IMG/VR virus record: IMGVR_UViG_3300032233_002337
Span: 1-33,409 of that record
Source: a virus
Taxonomy: Duplodnaviria; Caudoviricetes
DNA length: 33,409 nt
Direction: 5' to 3' (one strand)
The notes beneath the pieces were generated by a model. The model saw only the letters and a list, made by a program, of their open reading frames with translations. It searched no databases and was not told the origin of the DNA. The number at the start of each line of letters is the position of its first letter. Position 1 is the stretch's first letter. Made by a program: the position numbers and the translations under genes. This document shows, piece after piece, positions 33,242-33,409 of this stretch.

Positions 33242-33409
33242 ATGAAATCATTATTAATAGACCATACCTCATTCCAAGTAGCTAACATCCAGATCCTAGA
33301 AAATAAAAGTTTAGGTGATGGTAAATCTTTAGTAACACTTAAAGGTAAACTACAAGAAGCTGAACAAAAGAATGGTAATGGCCGTGTATATCCTCGCGAA
33401 ATTCTTGAA
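33242..33409 (+). CDS. gp21: Prohead protease (T4 gp21-like), 3'-truncated
   Basis: MKSLLID...LKGKLQEAEQKNGNGRVYPREILE carries the N.N.R.YP motif of gp21-family proteases. Not in the ORF track because it runs off the window. Confidence 0.88.
   Translation, partial: MKSLLIDHTSFQVANIQILENKSLGDGKSLVTLKGKLQEAEQKNGNGRVYPREILE

Noticed and set aside
10653-33272. All remaining minus-strand ORFs and the nested + ORF 26970..27293
   Set aside because: They lie antisense to, or inside, well-supported genes, have no recognisable motifs and no promoter or start context.
1-33409. Stop-codon reassignment (alternative genetic code)
   Set aside because: Terminase, portal and primase are uninterrupted in code 11. 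TAG (14066-14068, 15840-15842) and TGA (10412-10414, 12011-12013) end genes exactly where the next gene starts.

Overview
A 33.4-kb, AT-rich fragment of a large T4-like tailed phage. Every credible gene is on the + strand and reads in the standard genetic code. Hallmark genes are a gp17-type terminase, a gp20-type portal, the start of a gp21-type prohead protease, a DnaG-type primase and a PD-(D/E)XK exonuclease. The host is probably Bacteroidota: there are no Shine-Dalgarno sites, start contexts are A-rich, TTG-N20-TAnnTT(T/C)N promoters are present, and there is a DUF5977-like module and a Q-rule signal peptide. Layout: 1-9001 holds Cys-rich modular virion-surface genes built on mucin-like PTTAA repeats. 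9017-11193 holds nuclease and replication genes. 11258-21935 and 24416-25408 encode modular proteins, many starting with a 10-aa leader (MIKL[LV]D[IL]L[KN]E or a variant), with domains separated by [ILV]-x-E motifs. 22053-24390 is an early-type metabolic island. 25413-33409 covers a membrane protein, DNA packaging and head assembly. Best candidate novel system: capsid-targeted, prohead-protease-processed effector polyproteins (zeta-like kinase, ADP-ribosyltransferase, nucleotidyltransferase/ParB/metallopeptidase, REase-fold nuclease, and a module with a cryptic internal signal peptide). Other highlights are two intergenic pseudoknot RNAs with the same topology and a TATTTAT(A/T) late-promoter motif. 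All family calls come from motif recognition by eye, not database searches.
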